Source: Monocercomonoides exilis PA203 (lineage: Eukaryota > Protista > Preaxostyla). From it: DNA of 64,000 nt. The number at the start of each line of letters is the position of its first letter. The first letter of the stretch is position 1. A program made the position numbers and the translations under genes. The notes under the pieces were generated by a model that saw only the letters and a program-made list of their open reading frames with translations, made no database searches and was not told where the DNA came from. The stretch spans positions 434,001 through 498,000 of the forward strand of contig LSRY02000022.1 of NCBI GenBank assembly GCA_001643675.2, read 5' to 3'. Below, in pieces: positions 37,516 to 49,989 of the stretch.

Positions 37516-40500
37516 TAACCCTTTGCGACAGACAGACATTTTTGGAACAACACGACAAGTCGACCGACATGCTGACAAAGTTTAAATTTTTCAATAATGA
37601 TAATAATATTTCAAATAATTTCGAAAAAATTAAATTCTTGACTTCTTTTGTTTAATGGATGAATATTCATTATTTTATATAGAAAGAAATTATTATTGAG
37701 TTTTCTTTTTCTGTAAGTTAATTTATTATGGAACATCGACAGATCTATGTCGAGATCAGTCTTTCAACAAAGATCAGTCGGTCAAAAAGATCGGATTGTC
37801 GATTTGATAGACTTCAAAACTGAAAGCTGTTGGCCTTTTGTGAGTTCGGATAAATCTCAAAAAACTTCGATTTGGCTGGATCTTTTGTTTGTCAACAATT
37901 TATTTTATTCATATTAAGAACCATTCCTTTTTTTATTCTATATTCGATTGCATTAAGCTGGAGGAAACAATTGTTGCAGCTGGATGATAATGAGAAAGAT
38001 ATTTGATGAAAGCGTTTTTAACAAGTTTGATATTTATTATTCGATTAGCATCATAATAAAATCATTTTAAAGCTCGCATTTTTAATTGTTTGAATTTATT
38101 TAAATCATTATTTCACAGCTTTTTAGGAAATAAATTTTTTTATGGATGCGAGCTACAATTTCTCGAGATTAATCAATATTTTGTTTGTAAAGAGCGCTTT
38201 TGAGCAAGGGAAAAGAAAATAGGATAAAGATCTTTATTCAAAATAACTTTGCAAATGCTTGCAATGACATGAAAAGTTCAAAATTTGCGACTTAAATAAA
38301 TGCAATTATTGAAGAAAGTTGAAAATTGGATTTTTCTGTTGATATTCAGTGTTTTTCTCTTTTTGTTTTTCTATTTGTGATTCTTTATTAATTGAGTTGA
38401 TTATTCAATGGATTTAGATTTTCAAGAACAATTAGAAAGGAAAAAGAAAAAGAGAAGAACGCCGCTTGTGAGTCACATGTATTGTAATTTTGATAATCGA
38501 GAAGATATGACGAGGAAAACAGAAAATGGTGGAAATATGGTAATCTGGCTATCAAATAAAATTTAAAGAGAAATTGTGAATAACAATGTTTGGATTCAGA
38601 TCTACGAACAAAAGAATTTGCTTGATTTTTCTGTTTGAAGTTCTTTGTTTTTAATTTGTAATTTTCCCTTGTGCAATTAAATGTCGTTTCTAAAGAAAAT
38701 TCGTCAGTTTCTCGAATACCATCTGTTCTTCAGCTAATTGCGTTGAAAGACTCAAACGAATGCAATTAACTCAAACTATTTTTTCATGGAATATGCCTTA
38801 CTTTAATTATTCATGATCTGTTTTTTGCGCACATCTTTTAAAGCCAATTTTCAAAGTGAGAAAAAATTACCAGAGAGCAGGTGCAAAATCTAATCAATCA
38901 TTTTCATTTTTGGAAGGAAAATAATCTTTCATTAAAGGAATAACAATTGTTAATTGTCACTCTTTTGATTCAACTGAACAATTTGTGATTATCTATGTTA
39001 TTCTTTCAAATCATTATTTTTTGATGTTTCCTTTTTGTTTTTTTCTAAAATAAAAAAAATTTAATAAAAGCATTATCATGTTGGGCATTCTATTTTGTAA
39101 AGATGAAGTCGAAAACAAAAAATTATAAACTTCTATGCGAACGATTCTACTGAAAACACCTTTTTTTTGATAGAAAGCTACATGACAGTCATTCAAATTT
39201 GAACTCAAAAGAAAAAGAAAATATATTCAATTAGGTTTGAAATTGACTAACGCTAATTTTAAAACAGAATGATTTCTGAATTTTCACATCCTTTCATCAC
39301 AAACAATTTTCTCCTTGTTGCGTTTTTAAAATTGTTTGCTTCCTTTCAAAAAAGGAAAAGCAATAATGTTTCTGAGATTTTTCTTTTCCATCAATTGACT
39401 TATCGATCAATAGTACCTGCTCAACCGCTTTCTTTTTGGTGTTAATATTCTATGAGAAAATCTATATCAGCGTTGGAAACATCATTATCACTTCTGGAAT
39501 GTTGATAAAAAACATTGGCTTCAATTCCATTAGCTTCATTAAATCATTTTGTTCTTGGCTCAAACACGACTTCATGCATTCAACAATGAATCCCTCAGAT
39601 CCACAATCAGCTTCTCATGTGGTGATGAGCAGTCCATGGCATCCACAAGATTCGACATGGATGAGGTGGTTGGACACAGATCCTCCCTTCGAACAAATGT
39701 TGAATCTGAATCAGTGGTGGATGTGGATGAGATGGATGGCGATGGAGTTCTCTTCCTTATCTCTTCTTCCTCCTTCTTATCAACCTTCTCCAGAGCCCAT
39801 TGAGGGATCTTGTCTGAATCTCTCCCTAAGATATATTCTGTCGATCCGCTCTCACTCAACAAATGCTCTGATGACTCGGAGTGTCCCAATCTCTTCTCAC
39901 ACACTCTCTTCTTTGTATTCTCTTCATTCTTCTTTTCCGTCTCCATCTCAGCCCTTCGCTACTGCTTTTCTGGCGACATCTCCATCTTCACTGTCTCAAA
40001 CACTTTTGCATCCTTTTTTACTGTTTAACTCTCAATAATTTTGTTCTTCTTATTTTTCATCTGCAATATTTTTCAAATCAAAGCGCCAAAACGAAGAAAA
40101 AATAAAGATAAATAAATAAAAAAAAATAGTTATTAACCTTTAGAAAACTTGGTTATTTTTGTCTTTCTTTGCTTATTTTCCTTTTATTCTATCAAATCCT
40201 GGAAATTGCTTGTATTTCAAAAATATAATGATAATCATCATTAAAAATGCTATCAAATGAATGAACGAAAACACAAATAATTCTCACAAACTTTAGCAAA
40301 CCTAATTCATGTTAATTCTATTTTCAATTTTTGAATTAATAACCGCTTATTGTGCAATGCATTAATAATATTAACATGCAAATGATTTAAGTTGTTCATG
40401 CATTGAAAAAATGTCATATTGAAATAAATCAATGCTGATTTGATAGCATTTCCTTGAATAGCATAAAACTCGTTGTTATCAATAAACAAAACGCTAAATC

Positions 40501-40818
40501 AATATATGTATATCAAATATTAATAAAACGTAATGTTAACAACATTTTATACATGAAGATTCATCAGTTAAACAATAAACATTTTGATCACACCCATAAT
40601 TATCTTGAATAATATTTATAATTATGTTTGTCAAGATCCTTGTTAAAATATGATTTTAAATAATCATTAAAATTTTAATTATTACTTTATTGGTTTTTGT
40701 TCAATCAAATTAAGATACATTAGCACACATTTATATGCTCAAAAAAAAAAACCATAGACACAAGTCATATTTTACGACCGACACAAGCTTCTCCTGTTTC
40801 ATGTGTCGCAAAGGTTTA
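37516..40818. mobile_element. Non-autonomous hAT element A (3.3 kb)
   Basis: TIR TAA[C/A]CCTTTGCGACA; perfect 8-bp TSD TTTTCGAT (37508-37515, 40819-40826); subterminal CGAC/GTCG arrays. Confidence 0.82.
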
Positions 40819-40962
40819 TTTTCGATGTGACTTTACATTGAAAAAAACAAAAATGAATTTAATTTAATTTAATTAATTTTGTTTCAATTTTTTCATTTTT
40901 GGAAATTCTTCACAAAAACACATTTTTTTCAATTGAAATAACAATTTTTTAGGTTTTGTAAT

Positions 40963-43900
40963 TAAGCCTCTGCGACACAAAAAATAAAAGTCATATTTGT
41001 CGGTCGAGCAGACAAGCTTGTGTCGAAAAGTTATTTTAAGTGAAAAAATTCATTTTTTTAATTAAATAGCATTTTTCACATTTTCAACGAATTTATCCAT
41101 GAAAATTTTTCTGTTTATTGTTTTTTTATGTATAATCAAAAATTATTTTGCTGAATGATAAATATTTTGTCATATGTGTGAATGAATATTTAATAATATG
41201 TTTCGATCAATTTGAAAACTGATTTCCTTAATGTTTTTTTTATTTTTATAAACAATTATTCTTTCTACGGGAAAGACATTTGAAACGCATCACATCTCTA
41301 TTATTTGTAATTTAGACATCAAAGGTATTTATTCAATTTCACATTATATTATTAACTGGTTTGATTTTACACAGCCTTGCACAAATGATGACTATTTCTT
41401 TAAATTTGAAATATGAATTGAATAATGTTTTAAAAAACAGAGCGAATGGACACAACAAAAAACCAATCGTTTTCAATGCACGAATATGTTGATTGCACAG
41501 CTCCACAAGCAGGTGCTCCTAATGTGCATGACAATGAAAATTCAACCATCACTTTCGAAAATCAGTCATTTTCAATATGCAATACTTCGACAAGAAGTGG
41601 AACAATATATGCTGAAAATCGCTGTGCATTGATCTTCATTCTTCATTCATCAGATGTGCTGTGGCAGCTTTTTTTTGAGGGGTCGGAGGAATTGCAGCAC
41701 AGAATATCCCCTTTCAATCAATAATAGATGGACAGTTTCAAAGAAATTGCTCATCGAAAAATGACGGAAAGGCAGACGAACTCCTTCAAACAATAACTCA
41801 AAGGCAAAAACATGTTTCATTAATTCGCATTTCGATAAATGTCGATGCAATTGAACAGTTGATGAGGCAGGGGGAGCATTTCAACGTTGAAATCCAATTG
41901 GCAAAGTTATTATATCAAACTGTATATTCTGCGGTTGCTATTCAATGTGCGGAGGAGGTGCGGTAAGCAAATAAATGCATTCAAACAATTTGGAAGTTTT
42001 GTTTAATTACTGTTTTTTCCATAATAATATTGCTTAAAAGACGGACATAATATTTTTTCGCATAAATTAGCATAAAACAGCAATGATCAAAGTTGTTATT
42101 CAATTAGGGAAACTGAAACCATAATCAGTTTGGATTATTCAATAGTCGTGGGCAAAAGAAAATACTTAAAAACGATTTTGGAATTATAAAATTAGTTTCT
42201 TCAGCTGATTCTAAACCCAAAGGAGTAGACGCATGTACATGTGGGCTTGATTAAAGCTCCATGCTGCACCATCAGCCATTGTTTGACTCCTCTTATTCCT
42301 AATTAATTGACGGATATCGAGATATTCTCACGAAAAATTACAGAGACAAAAGCGCGGGCTGTGGCAACTCGTCCTTCACGACATACGGCCCAAGCGATTT
42401 GACAACAACAGTCCAAACAAAATTTGAAAAATCAGGCTTATCTCTATCTTCCTTCTCAACAGGCACATTAACTGTTTGCGATCTAGTTGTTGTGATCAAC
42501 TCGTCGAATGAAAATAATCGTGGATCAAAGATTTTTTGAGATTATGGGAGCAGGAAAGCTGAGGATAAGCCCGCTGAACATATCTGCTGGAAGTGAACAA
42601 ACGAAGAATGCAACTTGACCAAGGCTTTTTGTGATTTTCAAAAAATTAATTCGAAATTTCATGAATGAATCAAGTAATTTCTATTGGGAAAAGAAAGAAG
42701 TTGAAGCATCCATATAGAAACGAGCTGAGCCAGATGTCTGCTGATGATACACTCTCTTCATACCTACCACCTGGTGCGGCGATGCAGATTCGTGTGCTCC
42801 ACATGTATAGCCCTGGGACAGAGCAGAGGCAGAAAGCGCAGAATCAGAGAACGGAGCACGCACATGCAAAGCATCAGTGCTTGCACGGAGCGAAAGGAGG
42901 CAGTTTGCTAACGTTCCTCCAATGTTTAAAAGAAGAAAACTTTACATCCACAAGAACAAGATGAATACACTTGCTACTCCCACTCGTCCACAAGCACACA
43001 ATACATAACTATAAACACTCCAATCATCCCTTTCGCTTGGCACACTCGTACGATAACACAAGTCGCATTCCGCAGATCAATTAACGGTACACTTTCCTCC
43101 GGCACAACTGCCCCAATCGCAACAAACTCGTCCATCGTCTCTCTCTGCCTGTTCGAGTTCAAATGCGACAATGCCCCTCCGATACCAAACATCCACCCCC
43201 ACCCCCGCCCCATTCTCTTCTCCTCTCTCTCCTCCCATACATCCTCTCCCCGACAAACGTTATGTTCATCATCTTATCCTGCAGAAGTCATCCCTACCGC
43301 AACAGACTTCTTCACAATCCTCCAACTCCATACACAGTTCTTCCAGCTCTACCGACATAATCATAACTTCCAAAAAGTCCTTGAAGTTCACGTTTAAGTT
43401 CCGATTTTTTAGTGGCTCATAACTTGGATTCAATAAAATTGTTTGAAATATTCTCAACATCTTTCACTTGTTTCTTTAATTTTGTACCAACAATAATACT
43501 CTTTTCTTCCTTTCATCAAAACACACATTTTTAAATAAAAGCCATGTTATCAATTTTTTCTCCGTGTTCATATTGCAACTTTGTTTATTTTCATATGATG
43601 TGCAAGAAATTATTAAAGATCTCGTGAGCACTTCAACTGATTGCGAAATAAAATCGATAGACAAATAATCAAATTCCATTTGAGCAAATTAATTTTTCGA
43701 AGAAATTAATGACATGTTTTGTCAAAAAAATGAAAATGAACTCAAATACACTTACTCATCTCATGCAAGAAGAAAAGCAACAATTTTGCGTTGCTAAAAA
43801 AAAGGTTTAAAAGAAGCAAAGTATTTTTTTGATAACTTTGTTGGATCAAATAGAGAGTTTTGCGGATTTGAAGATGAGATTAGATATTGAAGTTTTTAAT

Positions 43901-44276
43901 GCCTCAATATCAAAAAGGAATTGGCAATCAAACAAAAATTGTCATTTTTTTTTTTTTCTGCAATTCGACAGATCTTTGTCAAACGACTGATCTTTGTCGT
44001 TCGACTGATCTCGACAAAGATCAGTCGATAACCCATTAAAAAAATAAGAATTTTTGAAAAAAAGGGGAATTTTTGATTTATCAAATTTATATAAATTTAT
44101 TAATATTAATCGGCAAAAAAAAAAAAAATAAAGATTAAAATTCTATTTCGTTTTTTTCTGAAAAAATATGAAAATAAAAATTAATACGTTTTTTATAACT
44201 TACAAATTAAACTCATATGAATTGTCGGTCGACTTGTCGAGTTGTCCAAAAAATGTCGGTCGGTCGCAGAGGCTTA
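40963..44276. mobile_element. Non-autonomous hAT element B (3.3 kb), opposite orientation to A
   Basis: Perfect TIR TAAGCCTCTGCGAC; left flank TTTGTAAT (40955-40962) recurs at 44280-44287 after 3 extra bases; its right end is the reverse complement of the left end of element A over about 55 bp. Confidence 0.78.
41446..42600 (+). pseudogene. Pmp-like gene fragment captured in hAT element B
   Basis: Degenerate GGA/FxxN-type coding; colinear similarity to 10500-11450. Confidence 0.55.
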
Positions 44277-45715
44277 CAATTTGTAATGTTATTCAGATTT
44301 ATTAAAACACAATATCGAAAAAAAATTTTTTTTGATCGAAAAGTCGATTTTTCAATGAAAAATCCACCCATAATGAAATGAAAAGCGATTATGTATATTT
44401 AGCCCTGTGATTATATGTGGTGAAAAATGAATGAAAAATAGGCCAAAAATGTCAGTGCATGATTAAATGTGACGACTAACGAATGTGATTGAATTCAATG
44501 TGATAGCATCCGATTTAAACTGTAAAATAAAATCAAAAAATACGGTGATTTATAAACATGAACATTCTCATACACCGGATTTTTTTTGTGAATAACGTTC
44601 TGTGTCAAGAAAGTGAGTACAACATATGTTGTATTAACAAATAAAAAGTTGAGTTTTATTCAAGACTGTCATTTTGATCTTTTCGACAAATGCATCATAA
44701 TTCGACAGACAAATTTCATGAAGAAAACATTAATCGTAGTGGATTAATCACCATGAATAAATATGAATATGGAAAAAAAATTGAATGAAAAATTATATAT
44801 CAAAATAAATTATAAAAAACAAAAAATAAAAATACTTGGTGTAAAGAGTGGTAAATGAAAAACTTTCGGATTCATTAAAAATTATCATTTATTTGACAAA
44901 TTCTTTTAATAGATCTGTCAAATCTGATCAGAAAAAATATCATTTCATATTTGATGTTTCAAATTTTTCCAATATGTTAGATCTCAATATTTCACAAATC
45001 TATTGCATTATTCCCGAAAAATAAGACAAATATTAGAAAAACATGAAATTTAAACATTTTCGACTTTTCAAACAAAATATAGCAGTTCATTTCTGCTAGA
45101 TGAAATTATCACTTTATTTCAAATATTTGTTGAAGTGTTTTGATCCTTTTCACATTGAATACTTCAACATTAAAGACAAATGAAAAAAAAAAAAGATTTG
45201 TTTTGATTTCTTTTTTTCTTTTTTTAGAAGTCGCCTTTTGATTTTTCTCACAAATTGTCAAAAAAAAAACTTTCTGGAAAATGAAAGGTTATCAGAAAAA
45301 GAAATACAAATTAAATTTCGATTATTATTCTCCAGCTTTTTCTATTTGTTTGAAGAATTTATCTCGATTTCATATTTCAATTTTTGATTGATTCTAAGTT
45401 TCTATTCTCTTCTTTTTTTGTTTTGTGTTGTTAATCATGAAATTAAATTTGAGAAAGTTTCAAATGACTCACTTCGAAAATCTATTATAAAAACCAACAA
45501 TTATTTTTATTAATGAAGAAAGAATGAAATCAATTTTATCTGAAGTGTGAAAAGTTCAATTTGATTGATCAAAAGTTGATTCAAAAAGAAGGCATGATAA
45601 CTGATTCAAAATTTGAAAAAAGCGAAGAATAGAAAAATATGAGATATACAAAAGACTATTGAATCATCCAAAACGTTGCAAATGTTTTCTGTTCAAAAAA
45701 AAAGAAAATTTGATT

Positions 45716-47089
45716 TCAAATTTTCATCCATTTTGGTGGATCAGTTTCCACTGTTCTTTTCCACATCTTTTCCATCGTCCAACCTAGTACATTTTTTTGT
45801 GAATTAGAATGCCTCATCCACATTGGAGGTTCTGTTTTGACTTTCTCAATCCAGTGCATAGCCATTGTCGTTCCCACCAAATCACAAAGTGTGTTGTCAT
45901 GTCTCATCCAGACTGGCGGTTCAGTTTTGTTTTCAGTTATCCACCACATGGCATCCGTTTTTCCTTCTTTATCTCCAAGTGTATTGTCATATTTCATCCA
46001 TTCTGGTGGTTCTTCATTGACATTTTTAATCCATATCCTGGTCAATGTATTTCCTTCTTTATCCGCAAGCGAGGCACTGTGCCTCATCCATTCAGGTGGC
46101 TCTGTCTCCACTTCTTCAATCCAGTGCATCGCCATCGTCTTTCCATCTTTGTCACAAAGTGTGCTTCTGTGTCTCATCCACTTTGGTGGCTCTTCCTTTT
46201 TCTCGATGATATGGCGCATGGCTGCTGTTTTTCCATTTTCATCACACAGTGAATAGTCGAGACTCAACCAGCTTGGTGGCTCGCCCTCCGCAAACATTTT
46301 CCAGTAATCTACCATCATCCTCCCACCTTTATCAGTGAATGTTGCTTCATGCCTCATCCACTCAGGTGGCTCGGTATTAACATTTGCAATCCAGTGCATT
46401 GCCATTGTTTTCCCATCTTTTCCACCAAGCGTGATATCGTGCCTCATCCATTCTGGTGGCTCGGTATTAACTTTTTCAATCCAATACATGGCCATTGTCT
46501 TCCCAAACTTATTTCTTTGTGTAATATCGTGCCTCATCCACTCCGGAGGTTCTTTTTTAACATTTTTTATCCAGTGCATGGCCATTGTTATCCCATATTT
46601 GTTGCTAAGAGTATTGCCATGTCTCATCCACTCCGGAGGTTCTGTATTCAAATTTTTTATCCAGTGCATGGCCGTTGTGTTTCCATCCTTGTCTGATAGC
46701 GTCACACCATGCCTCATCCATTCCGGTGGATCTGTTTTAGCTACCGATATCCACAACATGGCCATTGTCCATCCTGCATTGTCTTTGAGTGTAATGCTAT
46801 GTCGCATCCATTCAGGAGGGTCTGAATTAACATAAATTATCCACCACATGGCCATTGTCCATCCAAAGTCATTTGCCAACGTGTTGCTATGCCTCATCCA
46901 TATCGGAGGCTCTGTCTTGACATGATAAATCCACCACATGGCCATTGTATCTCCAAAGCTGTCGGTGAGTGTCACGTCATGTCTCAATTTTTTTGGTGGT
47001 TCGGTCTTCTCTTCTTCAATCCATTCCATTGCTTCTGTTTTATCTTTTGCATTTTCGATATTTTTTAATCCATAATATACGTTTCCCAT
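45716..47089 (-). CDS. 457-aa tandem-repeat protein: 37-aa N-cap plus 14 x 30-aa Trp/Met-rich repeats
   Basis: Intact intronless ORF; consensus xxTLxDKxGxTMAMHWIxxVxTEPPEWMRH; 37+14x30=457 with no indels. Confidence 0.88.
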   Translation of the reverse strand: MGNVYYGLKNIENAKDKTEAMEWIEEEKTEPPKKLRHDVTLTDSFGDTMAMWWIYHVKTEPPIWMRHSNTLANDFGWTMAMWWIIYVNSDPPEWMRHSITLKDNAGWTMAMLWISVAKTDPPEWMRHGVTLSDKDGNTTAMHWIKNLNTEPPEWMRHGNTLSNKYGITMAMHWIKNVKKEPPEWMRHDITQRNKFGKTMAMYWIEKVNTEPPEWMRHDITLGGKDGKTMAMHWIANVNTEPPEWMRHEATFTDKGGRMMVDYWKMFAEGEPPSWLSLDYSLCDENGKTAAMRHIIEKKEEPPKWMRHRSTLCDKDGKTMAMHWIEEVETEPPEWMRHSASLADKEGNTLTRIWIKNVNEEPPEWMKYDNTLGDKEGKTDAMWWITENKTEPPVWMRHDNTLCDLVGTTMAMHWIEKVKTEPPMWMRHSNSQKNVLGWTMEKMWKRTVETDPPKWMKI

Positions 47090-48599
47090 TTTGCTCGCGT
47101 TTTGAATTTGTATGAAACAAGTGAGAAATTCAGAACAATGTTTTTGAAATTATTTAATCGATCTGTGAAGAACAAAAAATATATTTTGGGCGCTAACGAA
47201 GTTTTTTGAAAATAAGGGTTCCTCAATCGATTTTCAATGTTAAAGTAACTTTTTAAAATTAATTATATGTTTTTCGATATCTTTATTAATAATTTTTGAA
47301 TTTATATTCAACCATGAATAATTTGGATTTATTGAAAGATTTTGATTTATCCAAAGCATGACACACAATTTAAGTGTTGAAATTCAACCAATTTGTTGCT
47401 CGAATTTTCAGTATTCAGCAGCACACACATCTTGGAAACAGATTTTTGATTATATGAAAACACACTTCCTTTTGCTGAGATTGATGAGTTATTGTCTTAA
47501 CTCTGAGTTGCATGGATGAATTGCATCGATTGACAGGATAGAGATGTTTCAGCAAGAATTTTCACACTTTCAGAGATGTCATTTTTCGAATTGGATGACA
47601 CAGGAACCGTTGGACTTCCATTTTTGATAAAAAACGATTTGACGTGTGTGCGTTTTGTTTCCCCACAAACTTGTTGACATTTCGAATTTTTTTTCCTTCT
47701 AAAAATACAGAAATATGGCAAATAATAATTTGTTGAACAGGAAATGCATTTCAGACAGAATGATGGAAAAGGCATGTTTTCATTTTGTTGCAATTATTGA
47801 ATGGGAAAAAATGAGCAAGTTTGGAATTTTCAAAACAATTGATGAAATTGAAAATACGAACCAAATAGGCTTTCAATTCGTTGGATTATATCAAAAGGGA
47901 AATAACTTATTCTCAGATTGCATTTGGAGCAAATGTTGGAGAAATGTACCTCAGAGATTTTTGAGAAGGAAAGTGGCTGTCATCATCAACAAAGGCTTGG
48001 CATTTTCATCAAACAAGAGGAGATAAGACATCCAAAACAAGCAAAACAGAATGACCTTTTTATTTCACAAATAAGTGGTTTCTCTTGCAATTGAAAGGAA
48101 ATTCATCTTTTCAATGGAAAAGCCATTTGCCAGCCAAAGTTGTTTCAGGTGTCAAAATCAGCGCGAAACAAAAAAAAAAGCAACATCAACGAAGCATTCA
48201 ACAATATGTCTGTTGGCAAACTGACAGGTCAAAGAGCATCTTTCATTTTTATTTCTTTTTATTAAAGTCTGCCAATTGAGAAAGAAAGGCGATTTTTGTT
48301 TCGAGATTATCTTCAATGTCATCGCAAACATCAGTGAAGAAAAAAAAAAATAGAGATTGTCAAATTCTCTGTCTTCCTCTTCATTCTTCATTCTCTTATG
48401 GACAAGGTCATGATTTCTCTCCACTTCTTCAAATTTGTGAATGAATTATTGACCTTTGAGCATCGATTGTTGAAGATCACAAATCAGCCACATTTCAGTC
48501 AACTCATTTCATTTTCATTCATCTGCTCTTCTTCTCCTTCTTCATCATCTTCATCTTCATCTTCATCTTCATTATCAGCTCCAGCAATTGACCCTTCGG

Positions 48600-49670
48600 A
48601 TATCTTGGCGGCATCATGCACAACGGAAGGAGCGATGGACTACATCGAGAGGCGGCTGGAGTGTATGAAAATCACAGATAGTTGTTACTGAAGGAGCAAC
48701 ATACGCTGCGGGGATATGTTGTGGCTCGGGGTGCGGTGCTGTATGGGGGTGTTGCGTGTGCATACGATGTGGCGCTTTCTGCGATGCTTTTGGTTCCGCT
48801 GGTAGCTCAACTTCCATAACCAACAGCTTTTGTGCGTACGAAGTCGGGGAGCAAGCAGGTCTTTTATGAGGAGAATGTGAATGCGTTCCAGTCGATCTAC
48901 GATCTGTTTAACCCGTCGCTGCAGACATGGCGATCGCAGCAGTCGAGGAGTGTGGTGAAGCTTAACAATGAAGCGATGTGAAGAGGTGTTGCGGTGTTCG
49001 ATGTGGGGAATATCGTAGAGAAGGCGCTGAATGATGCGGTTCTAAGGTTGGAAGATATGGTCTGTCTCCAGCAGCGATTTGCGCTGGCTTTGCTGGAGGA
49101 GCGGGAAGAGGAAGAGGAAGGAGAAAGGGGAGGCAAAGAGGGAGAAGAAAAGTGAGAAGAAGATGGAGGGAGAGAGGGAGGTGATGGGAATGAGGAGAAA
49201 GGCGGGTATCCGACAACGTACAGAGAGTTTGTGGAGAGAATCAAAGAGAACCAGGGGAAGCTGGAAGAAGCGATGGCACCGCTGGTTGTGGAGGCGCTTT
49301 GGCTGAGTGGGCTGAGGTTTATCAAGGCGGGTCAGGAGGCAGAGGCGAGCGCAGACATGTAGCATTCGATGGAACTTGATGTGTGCAGTTCTTCTCCATC
49401 TGATGGCATTCAATAGGAGAACAGAAGAGCAGAAGAAGAAGCAGCAGATGGGTCTTTGACATAACTTTTGATGAAAATGCAGGTGGAGTTGGGGCAAAAA
49501 AATGTTGAGTAGTGGCTTAATTCTACAAAAGATTTGGCAGCGAACGATGAACCCGTTAGAGCAATCGATGAAGTCTAAAGAGATGGCTAAAAGGTTTTTG
49601 CGAAATGAAAAGAATGGGAAGAAGAAGAGGAGGAGGAAGAAGAAGAAAAAAAATAAACCACTATGTTGAT
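48600..49670 (+). pseudogene. Truncated paralog of the 11700-15030 gene
   Basis: Encodes LLVPLVAQLP...TKSGSKQVF...NVNA..SIYDLF, matching LSVPLVAPLP...TKSGSKRIF...DVNA..IYDLF at 14680-14810 (minus); stops and frameshifts. Confidence 0.6.
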
Positions 49671-49989
49671 AAACCTGTCCAGACGTTAGAAAAATGTCGG
49701 TATGTAGCAGAGGTCTATAAAACATAATTAAAATGAATCTTCACGTGAAATTTTACAAGAGAAGTTGAAATTGAAAAAAATCGTATTTATTTTTAACCAA
49801 TGTTTGTAAGATTTTCAAAAAATTATAATAATAAAAAAATTTTTTTAAAATATAGAAGTTTAGAAAAGTGTTTCCAATATATTTGTTTTTGCTGAAGCTG
49901 CATATAATGCTAATATTTATATGCAATTCTTTAAAAATATTATCATTATTTTTTGAATAAATAATATTATTCAAAAAAGATCAAGTTTT

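Larger units (their letters stand above)
37440..44522. mobile_element. Old Tc1/mariner-type MITE (about 450 bp) expanded by two hAT insertions
   Basis: TA-flanked CAGT termini; CAGTCAAAACCGGATATATTCACAT versus reverse complement CAGTTTAAATCGGATGCTATCACAT (18/25); AAATA repeat resumes after the right end. Confidence 0.55.

Noticed and set aside
37515-37530. piggyBac-like TTAA-CCCTTT end
   Set aside because: The other end lacks TTAA; an 8-bp TSD and TIR similarity to the hAT element explain it better.
38400-40040. Fanzor/TnpB or residual transposase in hAT element A
   Set aside because: No RuvC, zinc-finger or DDE motifs recognisable in the frames I could read.
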